Positions 11,325-22,782 of a DNA stretch of 35,306 nucleotides are shown here, piece after piece. Each line of letters starts with the position of its first letter. Position 1 is the stretch's first letter. The translations under genes and the position numbers were made by a program. A model generated the notes under the pieces. That model made no database searches and was not told the DNA's origin. It saw only the letters and a program-made list of their open reading frames with translations. Source of the DNA: Octopus bimaculoides (taxonomy: Eukaryota); assembly GCF_001194135.2 (NCBI RefSeq), contig NC_068986.1, forward strand, positions 102,429,484 through 102,464,789, written 5' to 3'.

Positions 11325-13006
11325 TACGGGATGACATCAGCTTCCTGTACCATTTTCCCAAGGCAGCTCAAACAAATTCACTTGTACTTAGTTTTGATCT
11401 GATAAGCTTTTACACCAATATTCCACATGATTTAGGAATAAAGGCGTTTAGATACTGGGTAAAAAAAACACAGAGAAGTAATCCCCCACAAATTCACAGT
11501 GCCATTTATATTATATACAGTTAGACATATTCTGTAAAAAAAAAAAAAAAACATTCTTCTTCACTGGAAAGAACTACATCCAAATTAAAGGCACGGCGAT
11601 GGGAACGAGGTTTGCTCTCTTTTACGCAAAGTCTGTAATAGGAAATTTTGAACAATAACTCTACCAAGAAGTAGAGGAAAACTATAGCACTGGATTTAGA
11701 AATTATATTGAAAAGGCATAGAAGAGATACCTTGACGATTCTTTTATAATCTGGACAGAATAGTTAAATTCTCCGATAGAGTTCAATATCCTCCCGAACA
11801 ACCTACACCCATTTCTCCAATTTACAAGAGAGATTAACATTCCTAGATATAAGGATACTTAAAAAGCACACCACCATTACCACAGATGTATACTACAATG
11901 ACATTGACACACATCAATATCTGAATTTTAAGTCGTGCCATCCGCCACATGCAAAACGCAACATCCCATACTGCCTAGCCAGAAGAAATTGTCCCATTGT
12001 AGAATATGCGAGTATCAGGAACAAATGCCTAACAGAAACAAGAGTAGTTTTGCTCAAACAAAAAAGTCCGTTTCTACTTACAGAAAATGGCATACAGCGG
12101 GCTATAAAAATACCCACATAACAACTGAGGACAACCCAAAGAAGAGGAAATCAGGAAGAAGTCATGACATTTATAGTAACACACAACCCATGTCACCAGA
12201 ATATCTTCAATATTTCCAATCCAACCTAACACACGTTGCTCAAAGTAATGAATTAAAAGATATAATCACAGATCGAGCTATGGTTCTTAGTAAAAGACAA
12301 CCTAAAAATTTCAAAACATTATTAAAAAGGGCAAAGTTTGCCCTTAGCAACAAAGACCAATTTTTCACTTTATCTAAATGCAATGATAGCAGATGTGGCA
12401 CATACCAATTCATACATATGGGCTAATATATGAACAAAAAATAACAAAAACGGGGAAATATTCACAAATGCAAATATGAAATGCAAAACCCCAAAATTAA
12501 TTTACTGCACCAAATGCCCGAATTGCGACGAAATATATGTAGGTCAGACTGGAAATGCACTATCAGACTGTTTACATGTGCACCGACAGCAAATCAGAGA
12601 CCCAAATGTCCGTCTCAAACCTAATTCAAATCCAAGCTAAATAAACAAAAAATCTAATACTTAGAGGTACTATTTCTACTGCTTCAAACACTACTAATAA
12701 CAACAACAACAATACTAAAGGTGCTCATGATGGTGATAGCAGGAAAATACTAGCTGAGTGAAGAGAAACGTCAGTAAAAATAATCTTATTTTAGGGTTAA
12801 AAGTTCTATTACTACAGCGACTCAAACCACCACCAACAACAACATCAACAACAACAAGGGCAATAATAATAAAGAAGTTGATAATGGTAATGATAACTGA
12901 AATGCAAAAATCTCTGGGAAATGTTGTCTACAACATTTCTAAAAATAGCCCGACAATTACTGCTCCGGCTAGGGTCAGAATATAGCTCTCTTGACATGTT
13001 CAACAA
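11322..13006 (+). mobile_element. Penelope-like element (PLE-2): 5'-truncated RT, GIY-YIG endonuclease and 3' pLTR, decayed
   Basis: IRDDISFL...SFDLISFYTNIPHDLG; QIKGTAMGTRFA; RYLDD (YLDD at 11728-11739); LTFLDI; HQYLNFKSCHPPHAKRNIPYCLARR; KRQPKNFKTLL; KCNDSRCGT; GIY-YIG-like LIYCTKCPNCDEIYVGQT (12497-12550) and HVHRQQIRDP. In-frame stops and frameshifts are present. The 3' UTR may extend to about 13250. Confidence 0.92.
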
Positions 13007-13369
13007 ACCGTAACGCCTATCGACTTTAGAAATTTAGTAACATCACACGGTGATTGGTCAGAATGCAGTTTCCAAACATTAACATTCTGTAGCCTATACA
13101 AATGTATTTAAGGCACACACAGTTTAGCCACCTCACTCCAGTTGTAAATTGTAGAACATAACTGTCACCACTACTATATTATGATATATTTACATTCATA
13201 TAATAACACAAATGGGCTGAAGTTCACCACAGATGTTTCACATTTGTCTTTATTGATAAAGAAATCAATCATATAGCGTGACATCCCGGTTTTTCCAGTT
13301 GAATTAAAATAAAAATTAATATTTCATATTTTTCACACAGAAAGTATAGAATGTATATTGATTCTGTCA

Positions 13370-13440
13370 TCTTGGGGCCCATTGAGAGTGGTGTGTTGGA
13401 TCGGCAAACAATAATATGAACGTCTGTATGTATGACTGTA
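13370..13440 (+). mobile_element. Very old fragment of SINE family C
   Basis: Weak similarity of TTGAGAGTGGTGTGTTGGATCGGCAAAC...CGTCTGTATG to 31371-31420, followed by a microsatellite as in that copy. Confidence 0.35.
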
Positions 13441-13499
13441 TGTACGCATGCATGTTTGTATGTATGTGTATATATATATATATGCATGTACATATATAC

Positions 13500-13546
<47 letters not shown>

Positions 13547-13649
13547 CAGAGAGAAAGCGATAGATAGATAAATAGATAAACAGATAGACATACATAAATA
13601 CAGACAGACAGACAGACAAATAGACAGACATACAGACAGACATACAGAC

Positions 13650-13696
<47 letters not shown>

Positions 13697-13740
13697 CAAA
13701 CAGACAGACAGATAGATAGATAGACAGAGAAATAGAAAGA
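13440..13740. repeat. Compound (TA)n, (GATA)n and (GACA)n microsatellite
   Basis: Direct reading. Confidence 0.95.
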
Positions 13741-15399
13741 TTGATTCATAGCTTAATACAAACACAGGAAGATATAGAATGAGAAAGAGAGCTTTAATCT
13801 ATAAACCGCCTAACAATACAGTTACTTCAATTATGAATTAATATGAAAAATGAAATATATATATTCTCCGATTTCTTCATACACATACAAGTACTCATCC
13901 TCGCATACACACAAATATACATGAATACAAATATGAGTGTGTATGTTTGTGCACATGTTAGTGTGTGTGTGTGAGCATTTATATGTGTGTGCATAAGTAT
14001 AAAAAGCAACTGAAGCCTGTATGAATTCATAACATGAAAGTTCTAAATGCCAAAACACTCGGAGCAAAATATTATTAGTTTCGACCAGGCCTCAACTCCA
14101 AGCCTAGGTTTATGAATACGTTGCTGATTAGAACATTGAAGCCTTAATTGTTTAATACTTTTATAAGAACAGCAACACTCTTAGTAATAATACAAATAAC
14201 AAAAATACTAGCAATGTAGCATCTGCTACTTTTCCCTGCGTGTGCAATTTTCAATATGTGTAAATATTCTATAGAAAGCATGGAAAGGTCAAATATTGTA
14301 GTGCAAGATCTTCGTTTAAAATGTTGCAAATATTGTGTCAATGAAGTATCATTCTATCTGATATCAATAAATCGATATTATGTATCTTGTGTTTATTCTG
14401 AGCTAGAATAAAAACATAATGAGATAAAACCGATATTGCAATTTGTCAACTAGAAATTTCATTTCTGTTGGTGTAAATGTAACCTAGATTTCTCTTCCAG
14501 ATTTTGCTCAGGTTGTTTCTCATAGGTTTTGTTTTTAATTACAAGCTTGTATCAATGCTAGGTCACATGCACACATTTTGTGCTGTTTAGGTTTTACGTG
14601 CAAATGTTCAAATTCTACCCAGTTCGATTTTGCATTTCATGAGTCGTGTAGCAATAGAAACAGTTACTCAGTATACGTAATTTAATAACGTGTTACTGAA
14701 TAATTTTACTCACACCAGCTGTAACTCAAATTTGTTTTCATGCAAAATGGATAGTTGATTACAATTTGTTTTTAACTATTAGTAGAGACGATTGCAGCAC
14801 CTATGATCACTAATGCCAGTGAATGTCATCTACAGAAAGGTTCTGTAATTATTCGAACTCATATCTTAATCATATTGGAAATTGTTCAATCTATTATGAC
14901 TAAATTATTCATTTCACTGAAATTCATAAGCTGCCATATTTACCGCGTATTATTTCATATAGCAGTGGTTTCAGGTGTTGCAGCTAAACTCATATTTAAA
15001 CCTATGTGCTTTCGCCTAAATTAGAATATTATAGAAACTAGATAAATAAAACAGAAAAAAGACAATAAGGAGCTATTTAAGCGTCCGATTTCTCTGAAGA
15101 GCTTAAGTTATTCTTGTTTATTCTGATGGTTTAATTATACTGACGTGAGGAAACGACGTAAACAAGGCCAACGGGGATTCTTTAACGGAAATACAAAACA
15201 TGTATATAATTCAACGATGATGTCGACGGTATTTTCACAATCAAATACTTTTAAGTAGTTTATATATGCGTTGCTTGTTTCAGTCATAATCAAAATAGAT
15301 ATTTAGATATTTCAAAAGTCGATGAGAACGATAATATTCAAATATGTATTTTTGCAAAGTGTGTATGGATATTATTGAAATGTGGCCAGAGATTCTGAA

Positions 15400-15433
<34 letters not shown>

Positions 15434-15662
15434 TACATGCATACACGCGTTTTATATTCCACCAATAAAACACATGTTTATATGAAAGAGTTATTACAGT
15501 TATTCATCATACATTTTTCACGCTGCCGAAGTTTAAATATACCAATTACAAGTTAAAGTGAACTCTTAAGATGATAACTCATATATGTGCAACCACACAA
15601 AGCAGCAGCACATAATCTCTAACCATTAGATTCATGAGACCTCAACTCACCACTCACAAAGG

Positions 15663-15732
15663 AAGATAAAATAACAGAAACTATTAAACACAAACTAAAG
15701 ATAAATTAACAGAAACTATTAAACACGAACTA
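15663..15732. repeat. 35-bp tandem duplication, two copies
   Basis: AAGATAAAATAACAGAAACTATTAAACACAAACTA versus AAGATAAATTAACAGAAACTATTAAACACGAACTA, two mismatches. Confidence 0.9.
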
Positions 15733-16739
15733 CAGTTAAACTATAAAATCCTAGCACCTCACAAAACGCCAAACGTGTATAGGCAACAACTTGAGTTCGT
15801 GAACAAACATTTAGATATATCAAAGATCAAAACACATTGCATAAAAAATAATACATGAGTTTCTAAAACCGAGTAAAATTATCATAGATTATATCCAAAA
15901 TCTTATATATTTTGTATTTTGCACCCACATATTTGGGTATTTAATCATAGCGCGTTTGAAGCCGATAGGCATCAAACAATTATATATAGATCTACAATTT
16001 GTACAATATATATTCTTGACTCGGCTAAAGCGTCACATGTTATGCAAGACATAAATCATTAATTCATGAAAATACAATAGAAATCTTAGTCTGCAATGGT
16101 GAAGTTTCTAAGTATAGCTAAAAGGTTCGATTTTATTCACCAATTTGATATTGCAAATCAGTTATTTCATTTTCTCTATAAGCAGTTTTTCCTGTGTGGT
16201 CTGCATTTAAAAACCTTCTTACCTTTGGTTCTTCTATAACAAATTTGAGAGTAATCTAACTTGATGCTCAAAGACATATTCTTGGTAATAACCCCAACAA
16301 CGACAAAAAAGGAAAACAAACCATAATACTTAGAAATAAAAAGAAAAGTAAACGTAAGATTAACTGTTATTTATGTAAAAGAAAATATGCAGGAGTTTAT
16401 GATGAAACGTAGCAAAATATATTTATCATTATATATAGGTGTGTTTATTTGTATGTGTGTGTATGTGTGTCTGTGTCTGTGTAATACTAAAAAGAATATT
16501 TTAAGAGATGCATAAAATATTGTGCTGGTCTTGAATTTGTATTTCCAGTATCATGGCAAACATTAAAAGATATATATGAACAAGACCAGAACAGTACAAT
16601 AAGCCATGTCCAGCCCCCCCCCCCTATGCAACCCTATGAAGGGCTTCTCGGACACCCAAAGCAATAGTAAAACTGGGATATTTCATGTGTGTTATTTCAG
16701 TTAGTCTGTTGTCATGTGTGTCGTAGAGTGTATGTAGTT

Positions 16740-17200
16740 GCTGTAGTTATATATTTAGTTTCTATATTGAGTCTGTGACTTTCCTGATGATTTCGGATTT
16801 CCGTTGGCTTTTATGTAAGCCAATGATTGATTTATAATGCCTTGTGATTATGAAGTTTGGTCTATAACACGTCTACTCAGTTTGGGGCATTTATATAGCG
16901 TATGTATGGCTAAAATGTTATGTGACGTCTTGTGATGATGTGTGTCTGACGTATCTAATGTTTGTTTACCAATGCGAGTCATTGCTTAATTATGTTTGGT
17001 ATTTTATGAGGTGGTAACATTTTATAGTTATTTAATAGTCACTAATAATTGATCTTCTGTTTATGAGAGTTTACTTTAGGGCTGATGCAGCGGAATGAGA
17101 TGTTTGGATTTCGTGATGCACTTTTTGCGGTTGAAAAAATGTTCAGCGTGGCCTTATGAGGTAAAATATATTGCTGGTGGTATGATTAAAGCTTACGAAT
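16740..17200 (-). mobile_element. Possible heavily decayed PLE GIY-YIG C-terminal region
   Basis: Minus translation gives FVSFNHTTSNIFYLI, then TNIRYVRHTSSQDVT*HFSH and IIGLHKSQRKSEIIRK, in the order expected for a PLE endonuclease. There are many stops. Confidence 0.35.
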
Positions 17201-18159
17201 TGGAACCGAGAAACTGTATAATATCTACATTTATTATACTCCAATTGGAGATGTGTGAATATACTCGGAAGCCATCATGAATATTTCCTTTTTCGCAAAA
17301 CTGATTTCTTATACTGCAGAAACGGCTCTCATGTCAAACCTTCCATTTAAGATAAATTATCCTTTCTTCATGCAATGTAAGTCGGTTGATGTCCTGGAGA
17401 GTAGATGTTTCTGAGTTATTTATTTTAATCGCACAATCCACGGGATTACGTGTTTTGAATCCAATATCAATATTTTTTCTGAAATTTGGCATGAACACAT
17501 TAATGTAAGTCTACTGGAAATATCATGTAACCTACGCTCTCGTATTACACTGAAATTAATGAGACCACGCTGTTTACTGCTTTGCTATATTTTTTCTTTT
17601 TGCAATAGAAGATAGCTCCGACTGGAAGAGCGTGTTGCCTATTATGATGTCTAAATACGAGATCAGCATAACACACAGAGAAAGATATTTCTATTTCTTC
17701 TAATACCAATGACGTGTTATACTACAGTGAACAATCAAACTTACGTGAAAATGATTTCTATGAAGACCCCCAACTATCGTATGTGCAGGGTGTCAACTTT
17801 ATGCATTAATACCTCAAGTGCCCACACATTGTGTCTAGCATAGTTGACACTGTTTTTACGAAGAATAATATACTGCAATATAAGAATGTTTGCAAATTCA
17901 CAGAACTCTGCGAGATTTAATTCAGATTTACCAGGTACTAAAGCGTTTATTTTTCTAGATTAAGATTTATTGAATGGCAAAATTGATTAAAATTTATATG
18001 TTGCATGCAAGAATTTATATATTTTTCTTTTCTATACTCATTGAATGTTTATATTCTTTATTATGGATAAAGTGTTTTCTCGTATAATTTGTAATGCTGT
18101 TACAAATAATTAATTGGACAATTTAATTGAGTTCATTACCTTTATATATTTCCGTTCGC

Positions 18160-18190
18160 AATAAACAGGGTTAAACTAACCCTGTTTATT
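18160..18190. repeat. Perfect 14-bp inverted repeat with a 3-nt loop
   Basis: AATAAACAGGGTTA-AAC-TAACCCTGTTTATT. Confidence 0.9.
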
Positions 18191-18359
18191 ACAAGGTTTC
18201 CAGCGGAGCAAACACTGGTTAATTGCATTACTGCAGGGGAGATGGAGAAGGGTTTGCTGTTAATAGGGTTGCTTCATTAATGCAAAGGGTATTCGATTTG
18301 AAATAATGTGTGCTACGTTGCTTTCTTGCAGATGATTTTTTCATAACTTGACTATCCAA

Positions 18360-18431
18360 ACGCACACACGTATATACATAAAAACACTCACTCACGCACG
18401 CATACGCACATACACATGCACACACACACAC

Positions 18432-18487
<56 letters not shown>
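18360..18487. repeat. (CA)n/(TA)n microsatellite
   Basis: Direct reading. Confidence 0.95.
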
Positions 18488-18491
<4 letters not shown>

Positions 18492-18733
18492 TTGTATACT
18501 TAAATATGCAACGAATATATCGTAGAACTATTAGAAAGTTGTACATTACATGCTTACCACTCATTCTCTCCCCTAAGTAATAAGCAGCACAAAAGGCTTC
18601 TAGTTATTCTCAGAAATACACAGCTAAGTCAGTAGAAAAGTGAGGGTCATTTATTTTCTGTAGAATCACAGCGTTGTTATTACAACTGAATGAAAATAAT
18701 TACCATTATAAAACTACCAAGGATGGAGGAAAA

Positions 18734-18974
18734 TATCGTGCTGTGTAAAAAGGAACGTTTGGAAACATGAAATTCATCACGATATATTTCAACAATGGCG
18801 AAATTTTATTCATCAAAGTATGTACCAATACATTCAACACATTTTTGCCAACGATTCACAAGTTTGCTTATTCCGGTAACATACAAATCTGACGTTCTGG
18901 AGCTGATGAACTCTTCAAATGTACTTACAGCATCAGTTTGATTTTTGAACTTTTTTCTCTCGCAGGAAACCATC
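18734..18974 (-). mobile_element. Mariner DNA transposon 3' fragment: transposase C-terminus, stop codon, TIR-like end and TA
   Basis: DGFLREK and KFKNQTDAVSTFEEFISSRTSDLYVTGISKLVNRWQKCVECIGTYFDE* match the mariner transposase C-terminus. The end TA-TCGTGCTGTGTAAAAAGG at 18734 resembles a mariner TIR with its TA. Confidence 0.85.
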
Positions 18975-19902
18975 AGGCGGGTCATTTTCTTCGATCGACT
19001 ATTTCTCAAACTCTCTGCAGAATTCCTTAGTATCTCATTGTGTCTTTAATATTTGTTTCTCTTTTCGTACCTGCCTAAGCGTTGGGCTTTAACCGGCGTT
19101 TTTTGCTTTGCTTCACCATTTCTTTTACTTTCATTATCAGATTGTATTTTTGCTTTATCTTTCTTATTATTCTCGTCTTTACATTATTATTTTTGAAGAG
19201 TTCGTCTAAGATTGATAATTCCCCTCGAAAACTCTTGATTTCCTTATTTACGCGCTCTTTCCAACTTGGGTGTTCGGTTGATTTTTAGTGAGCTTTTCTT
19301 TTAACTTAACGCCTATTTTCTTTGTGTTAGTAATAGCTGTTGAGTAAAAAAGATGGTTGATTGAGGTTAAATCTATCTCAGTTTCAAGAAGAAGCTGATT
19401 TAGGGCATAATCATAGATATTGATTGTACAGCGATTTGATTTCATATTCTGAACATTTAGAAGTTGATATCTTACATTCATTTCTATCTCTCTTAGGATG
19501 TCATCGATTGCTTCAAGTATTCTCCTTCTATTGGCTTCAGCGATTGCGTCAGCCATCGCAGCTTCCGGTTTATTTTTACTTTCTGTTACTTTACTTTCAG
19601 TTTGGCCATCTTCTACTTCAAGTTCTAAGTTGCCTGCATCAACCTCGTGTTGAGAGTTGTCTCAATCAAAAGGCTCATTATTACCAGTGCCTGCACTTTG
19701 CACTTCAGCTTGATTTTCTGACATTGTAGTGGCATTATTTTTTATTTTTGCTATTTCTGCTGCTGTTAGACGGTTATTTTTCATGATGTCTTTGTATACA
19801 TTGAATAATTTGTTTGCATCAGTATAATCACAGGTGACATCCCCGATCATTTCTCTCCAGATATTGAAGCACAACTCAGTTTTCTAACTTATTCCGACGG
19901 AT
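18975..19902 (-). mobile_element. R4/Dong-clade-like (RLE) non-LTR retrotransposon, N-terminal ORF fragment
   Basis: FNIWRE...DANKLFNVYKDIMKNNRLTAAEIAKIK; DLTSINHLFYSTAI...IGVK; PSWKERVNKEIKSFRGELSIL; VKAQRLGRYEKRNK; KEFCREFEK*SIEENDPP. These resemble the pre-RT region of R4/Dong/Rex6 ORFs as I recall them. No RT is present. Confidence 0.75.
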
Positions 19903-20238
19903 GCTGAGACCCCCTTCGGTCATGACTGACCATGGGAGTGCATCTAGAAAGTTACCCTCCCAGGCACAAGTCCGGACCAGGTTGTTTATGGTAGACCAGC
20001 AGTCGCCCATTCATACCGGCCTCCCCTCTCCACGCCACCAGTGTTATCCAAGGGAAATGCAAAGGCCGATACAGCATGGCACCTGTGACGTCGCAACTCA
20101 TTTCTACAGCTGAGTGAACTGGAGCAACGTGAGATAAAGTGTCTTGCTCAAGAACACACACACAGCCCGGTCCGGGGTTCGAACTTACAACCTGACGATC
20201 GTAAGCTCGACGCTCTAACCACTAAGCCATGCGCCTTC
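19903..20238 (-). mobile_element. tRNA-derived SINE (family B) with a CORE/Meta-like central box
   Basis: On the minus strand: A box TGGCTTAGTGG, B box GTTCGAACC, then TTCTTGAGCAAGACACTTTATCTCAC...CTCAGCTGTAGAAATG. GC content is high relative to the flanks. Confidence 0.88.
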
Positions 20239-21421
20239 CGGCGGGTATTACAATCTTAAATCCTCACTTGCACCCGACAAGAAGATACGATAAGAATAAA
20301 GCGGTCTTGCGTCACTTATTTGTACTGAGATTTTTCCAATGGCAGAACTACCTTTAACTTCTATGTTAGGAAATGTCTTTCCTTCTTCTCTATTTCGTAT
20401 GAAAAGGAAAAAAAAAAGATGAAATATAGTTTTTAAACATAAACTAGAGTTTCCAATTCCCAAAATCTTGGTAAAATGTTCAATTTAGTTTCATCAATTT
20501 GTGTCTTGAATTATGCGGCATTGAAGATTGCAAACAAGGATTAAATATTAATATACACGGCTGATAACGACTAAAAAGTTCAAGAAATATTTTATTTTCT
20601 GGAAGAAAATGATTAAAATAACAAATTAAATATGCATATTATTCAACTTAAATTAGTTTGAACTAGAATAAATCATCTCCTCCCTTTAATGGTAAATCAC
20701 CATCAGGAGCTAACAAGGTGTTTAAACACATTATTATTACTATGAAATGGAACCCATGACTGACGTGGTTAGCTAGGTAAGTAGTGTGTACTAGTTAAGT
20801 TTGTAAAGTTACGTTGTGATTTTGGGTAAATAATATTAATATACACTAGTAGATTAATTGGCGAAGATTATGATATGGTGATGTACTGGACTTTCTGCGA
20901 GAATAAAAAATGTATTACCTGGCTATAGTCACGGGCGTTTTTGCTACCGAAAATAGTCGTTCCTGCAAACGAAAGCCGACAGTGGGAGAAAAATAAATAC
21001 ATATTCTAGTGAAGGCAATTTTAATTAATTTCAGCAATGTTGTCCATACAACGGTTTCAACCTTTTTGGTTTAGAAAAAGACATATTTCAATATTTAGAA
21101 GGCTTATCAATAAACAGCATGGAATGCAAATGGCTGTGATATTGTAGATTATTAGTTTAAGAAATGCTCTGATATCGTGTTATCTAAATGTAATCATATT
21201 TTTTATTGCTCCCAAGTTACTGAAATGATTGAAAAAAAAATATAAAGGTTTTCTTCGATAACAGTTAGGTTAATAGCATTATCTTTTAACATAGAGCAAC
21301 TGCTTGATGTACGGAATATAAATTATTTAGACACATTTTCCATGGTATCCAACAAAATGTAATGACTTCTGATTACAATTCCTCGGGATACTCATCACCC
21401 GGTGATTGCAGAATTCATTTG

Positions 21422-21424
<3 letters not shown>

Positions 21425-21502
<78 letters not shown>

Positions 21503-21662
21503 AGTATAAGCACACATTTATGACGGACTTCTCTCGATTTCCATCTTCCAAGTCTACTCTCACGTATTTGATTTGCCCGAGGTCATAGCAGATGACCTTT
21601 CCAGGTTAAATTTCACTGCATAGCACCGAAACGGAAACCACACAGCTACTTCTACGCCTCTC
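21425..21662 (-). mobile_element. Diverged SINE family C 5' half with its internal (CA)n/(TA)n tract
   Basis: The reverse complement AGGCGTAGAAGTAGCTGTGTGG...ACCTCGGGC...GTGAGAGTAGACTTGGAAGATGGAAA...AGAAGTCCGTC aligns to 31251-31420. Confidence 0.7.
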
Positions 21663-21732
21663 CCTTCTATTTCGCTGTGTGCCTCTCCTTATACACACAC
21701 ACACATACACATACATACATAAAATAATAATA

Positions 21733-21974
21733 NNNNNNNNNNNNNNNNNNNNNNNNNNNNNNNNNNNNNNNNNNNNNNNNNNNNNNNNNNNNNNNNNNNN
21801 NNNNNNNNNNNNNNNNNNNNNNNNNNNNNNNNNNNNNNNNNNNNNNNNNNNNNNNNNNNNNNNNNNNNNNNNNNNNNNNNNNNNNNNNNNNNNNNNNNNN
21901 NNNNNNNNNNNNNNNNNNNNNNNNNNNNNNNNNNNNNNNNNNNNNNNNNNNNNNNNNNNNNNNNNNNNNNNNNN
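21733..21974. other. Assembly gap
   Basis: N run. Confidence 1.
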
Positions 21975-21989
21975 AAATATATAAATATC

Positions 21990-22345
21990 AGGTTGAATAA
22001 AAAGTAAATAACGTTTTGAACCAGCGTGGGCGGGAGCAGGGGGAAGAGCTGGGTTGGGAGTTTGGGTTCAGGAAGAAGGTGTGGACCAAGATATCTCGTA
22101 GGTTGTGGGCACATTTGAAAGAAGGGAGTGTCGGTTAGGGAAGATGTGTGAAGTGGAGGAGTCGGACTGGAGTCGCTGGAACGCTCGGAGAATGGTGCCT
22201 TAGAGAGGTAGGGTGGTGGGGTGGTAGGTGAGGAGAAACGAGAGACATCAGGGGTGCGGTGGTAGTGAACAGATGCATGGTCCACAGAACTTGCTCTGGC
22301 ATGGTTGGTGTGGATAGTGGTGAGGGGATAACCACGTATATATAT
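21990..22345 (-). mobile_element. PLE fragment (PLE-4): RT-endonuclease linker region
   Basis: RGYPLTTIHTNHARASSVD; LLTYHPTTLPL*GTILRAFQRLQSDSSTSHIFP; FKCAHNLRDILVH; LFPCSRPR. These are PLE linker motifs across frameshifts. Confidence 0.8.
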
Positions 22346-22553
22346 ATATATGGGAGAATGTACAAATAATAACAACAGACGAGGACAGGTGGTGTAAATA
22401 ACAAAAGTATATATTAGTATGACGCTCGGGAATACGGAAAGTCTTTGACGTTTCGAGCTACGCTCTTCAACAGAAAGAATACGGAGACAAGGAGAAAAAC
22501 ACGGAGAAAAAAAATTGAATAGTGTTCAGTCAACGGTCAATCACACACACATA
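22346..22553 (-). mobile_element. pLTR/3' terminal repeat of a PLE, containing a hammerhead motif
   Basis: Non-coding segment colinear with PLE-4 and carrying the hammerhead at 22442-22478. Confidence 0.7.
22442..22478 (-). ncRNA. Minimal type I hammerhead ribozyme with variant core CUGUUGA
   Basis: UCUUU-CUGUUGA-A-GAGC-GUA-GCUC-GAAAC-GUC-AAAGA. Stem I is UCUUU:AAAGA, stem II is GAGC:GCUC, stem III is the palindrome ACGU, and the cleavage triplet is GUC. Confidence 0.7.
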
Positions 22554-22661
22554 NNNNNNNNNNNNNNNNNNNNNNNNNNNNNNNNNNNNNNNNNNNNNNN
22601 NNNNNNNNNNNNNNNNNNNNNNNNNNNNNNNNNNNNNNNNNNNNNNNNNNNNNNNNNNNNN
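22554..22661. other. Assembly gap
   Basis: N run inside the PLE tandem. Confidence 1.
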
Positions 22662-22769
22662 CATCAGGGGTGCGGTGGTAGTGAACAGATGCATGGTCCA
22701 CAGAACTTGCTCTGGCATGGTTGGTGTGGATAGTGGTGAGGGGATAACCACGTATATATATATATATGG
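22662..22769 (-). repeat. Direct repeat of about 22246-22353 (second PLE-4 monomer start)
   Basis: CATCAGGGGTGCGGTGGTAGTG...GGGATAACCACG(TA)nTGG appears identical in both copies apart from the TA count. Confidence 0.85.
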
Positions 22770-22782
22770 ACACACACTATTT

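Noticed and set aside
12748-12776. Hammerhead remnant in the PLE-2 3' region (TACT...GAAACGTC-AGTA)
   Set aside because: The GAAAC-GUC half and a 4-bp stem exist, but CUGANGA and stem II are not intact. It is at best a dead relic.
16630-16665. CTATGAAGGG...CCCAAAGC hammerhead-like string
   Set aside because: Both core halves lack a conserved G, there is no cleavage triplet, and the orientation is opposite to the putative PLE.
17609-17703. Acceptor followed by a short open frame (DSSDWKSVLPIMMSKYEISITHRE...)
   Set aside because: Only about 30 codons, with no donor and no homology. This is expected by chance.
19903-20238. Genuine tRNA gene
   Set aside because: The A and B boxes continue into a SINE body and no closed acceptor stem is evident.
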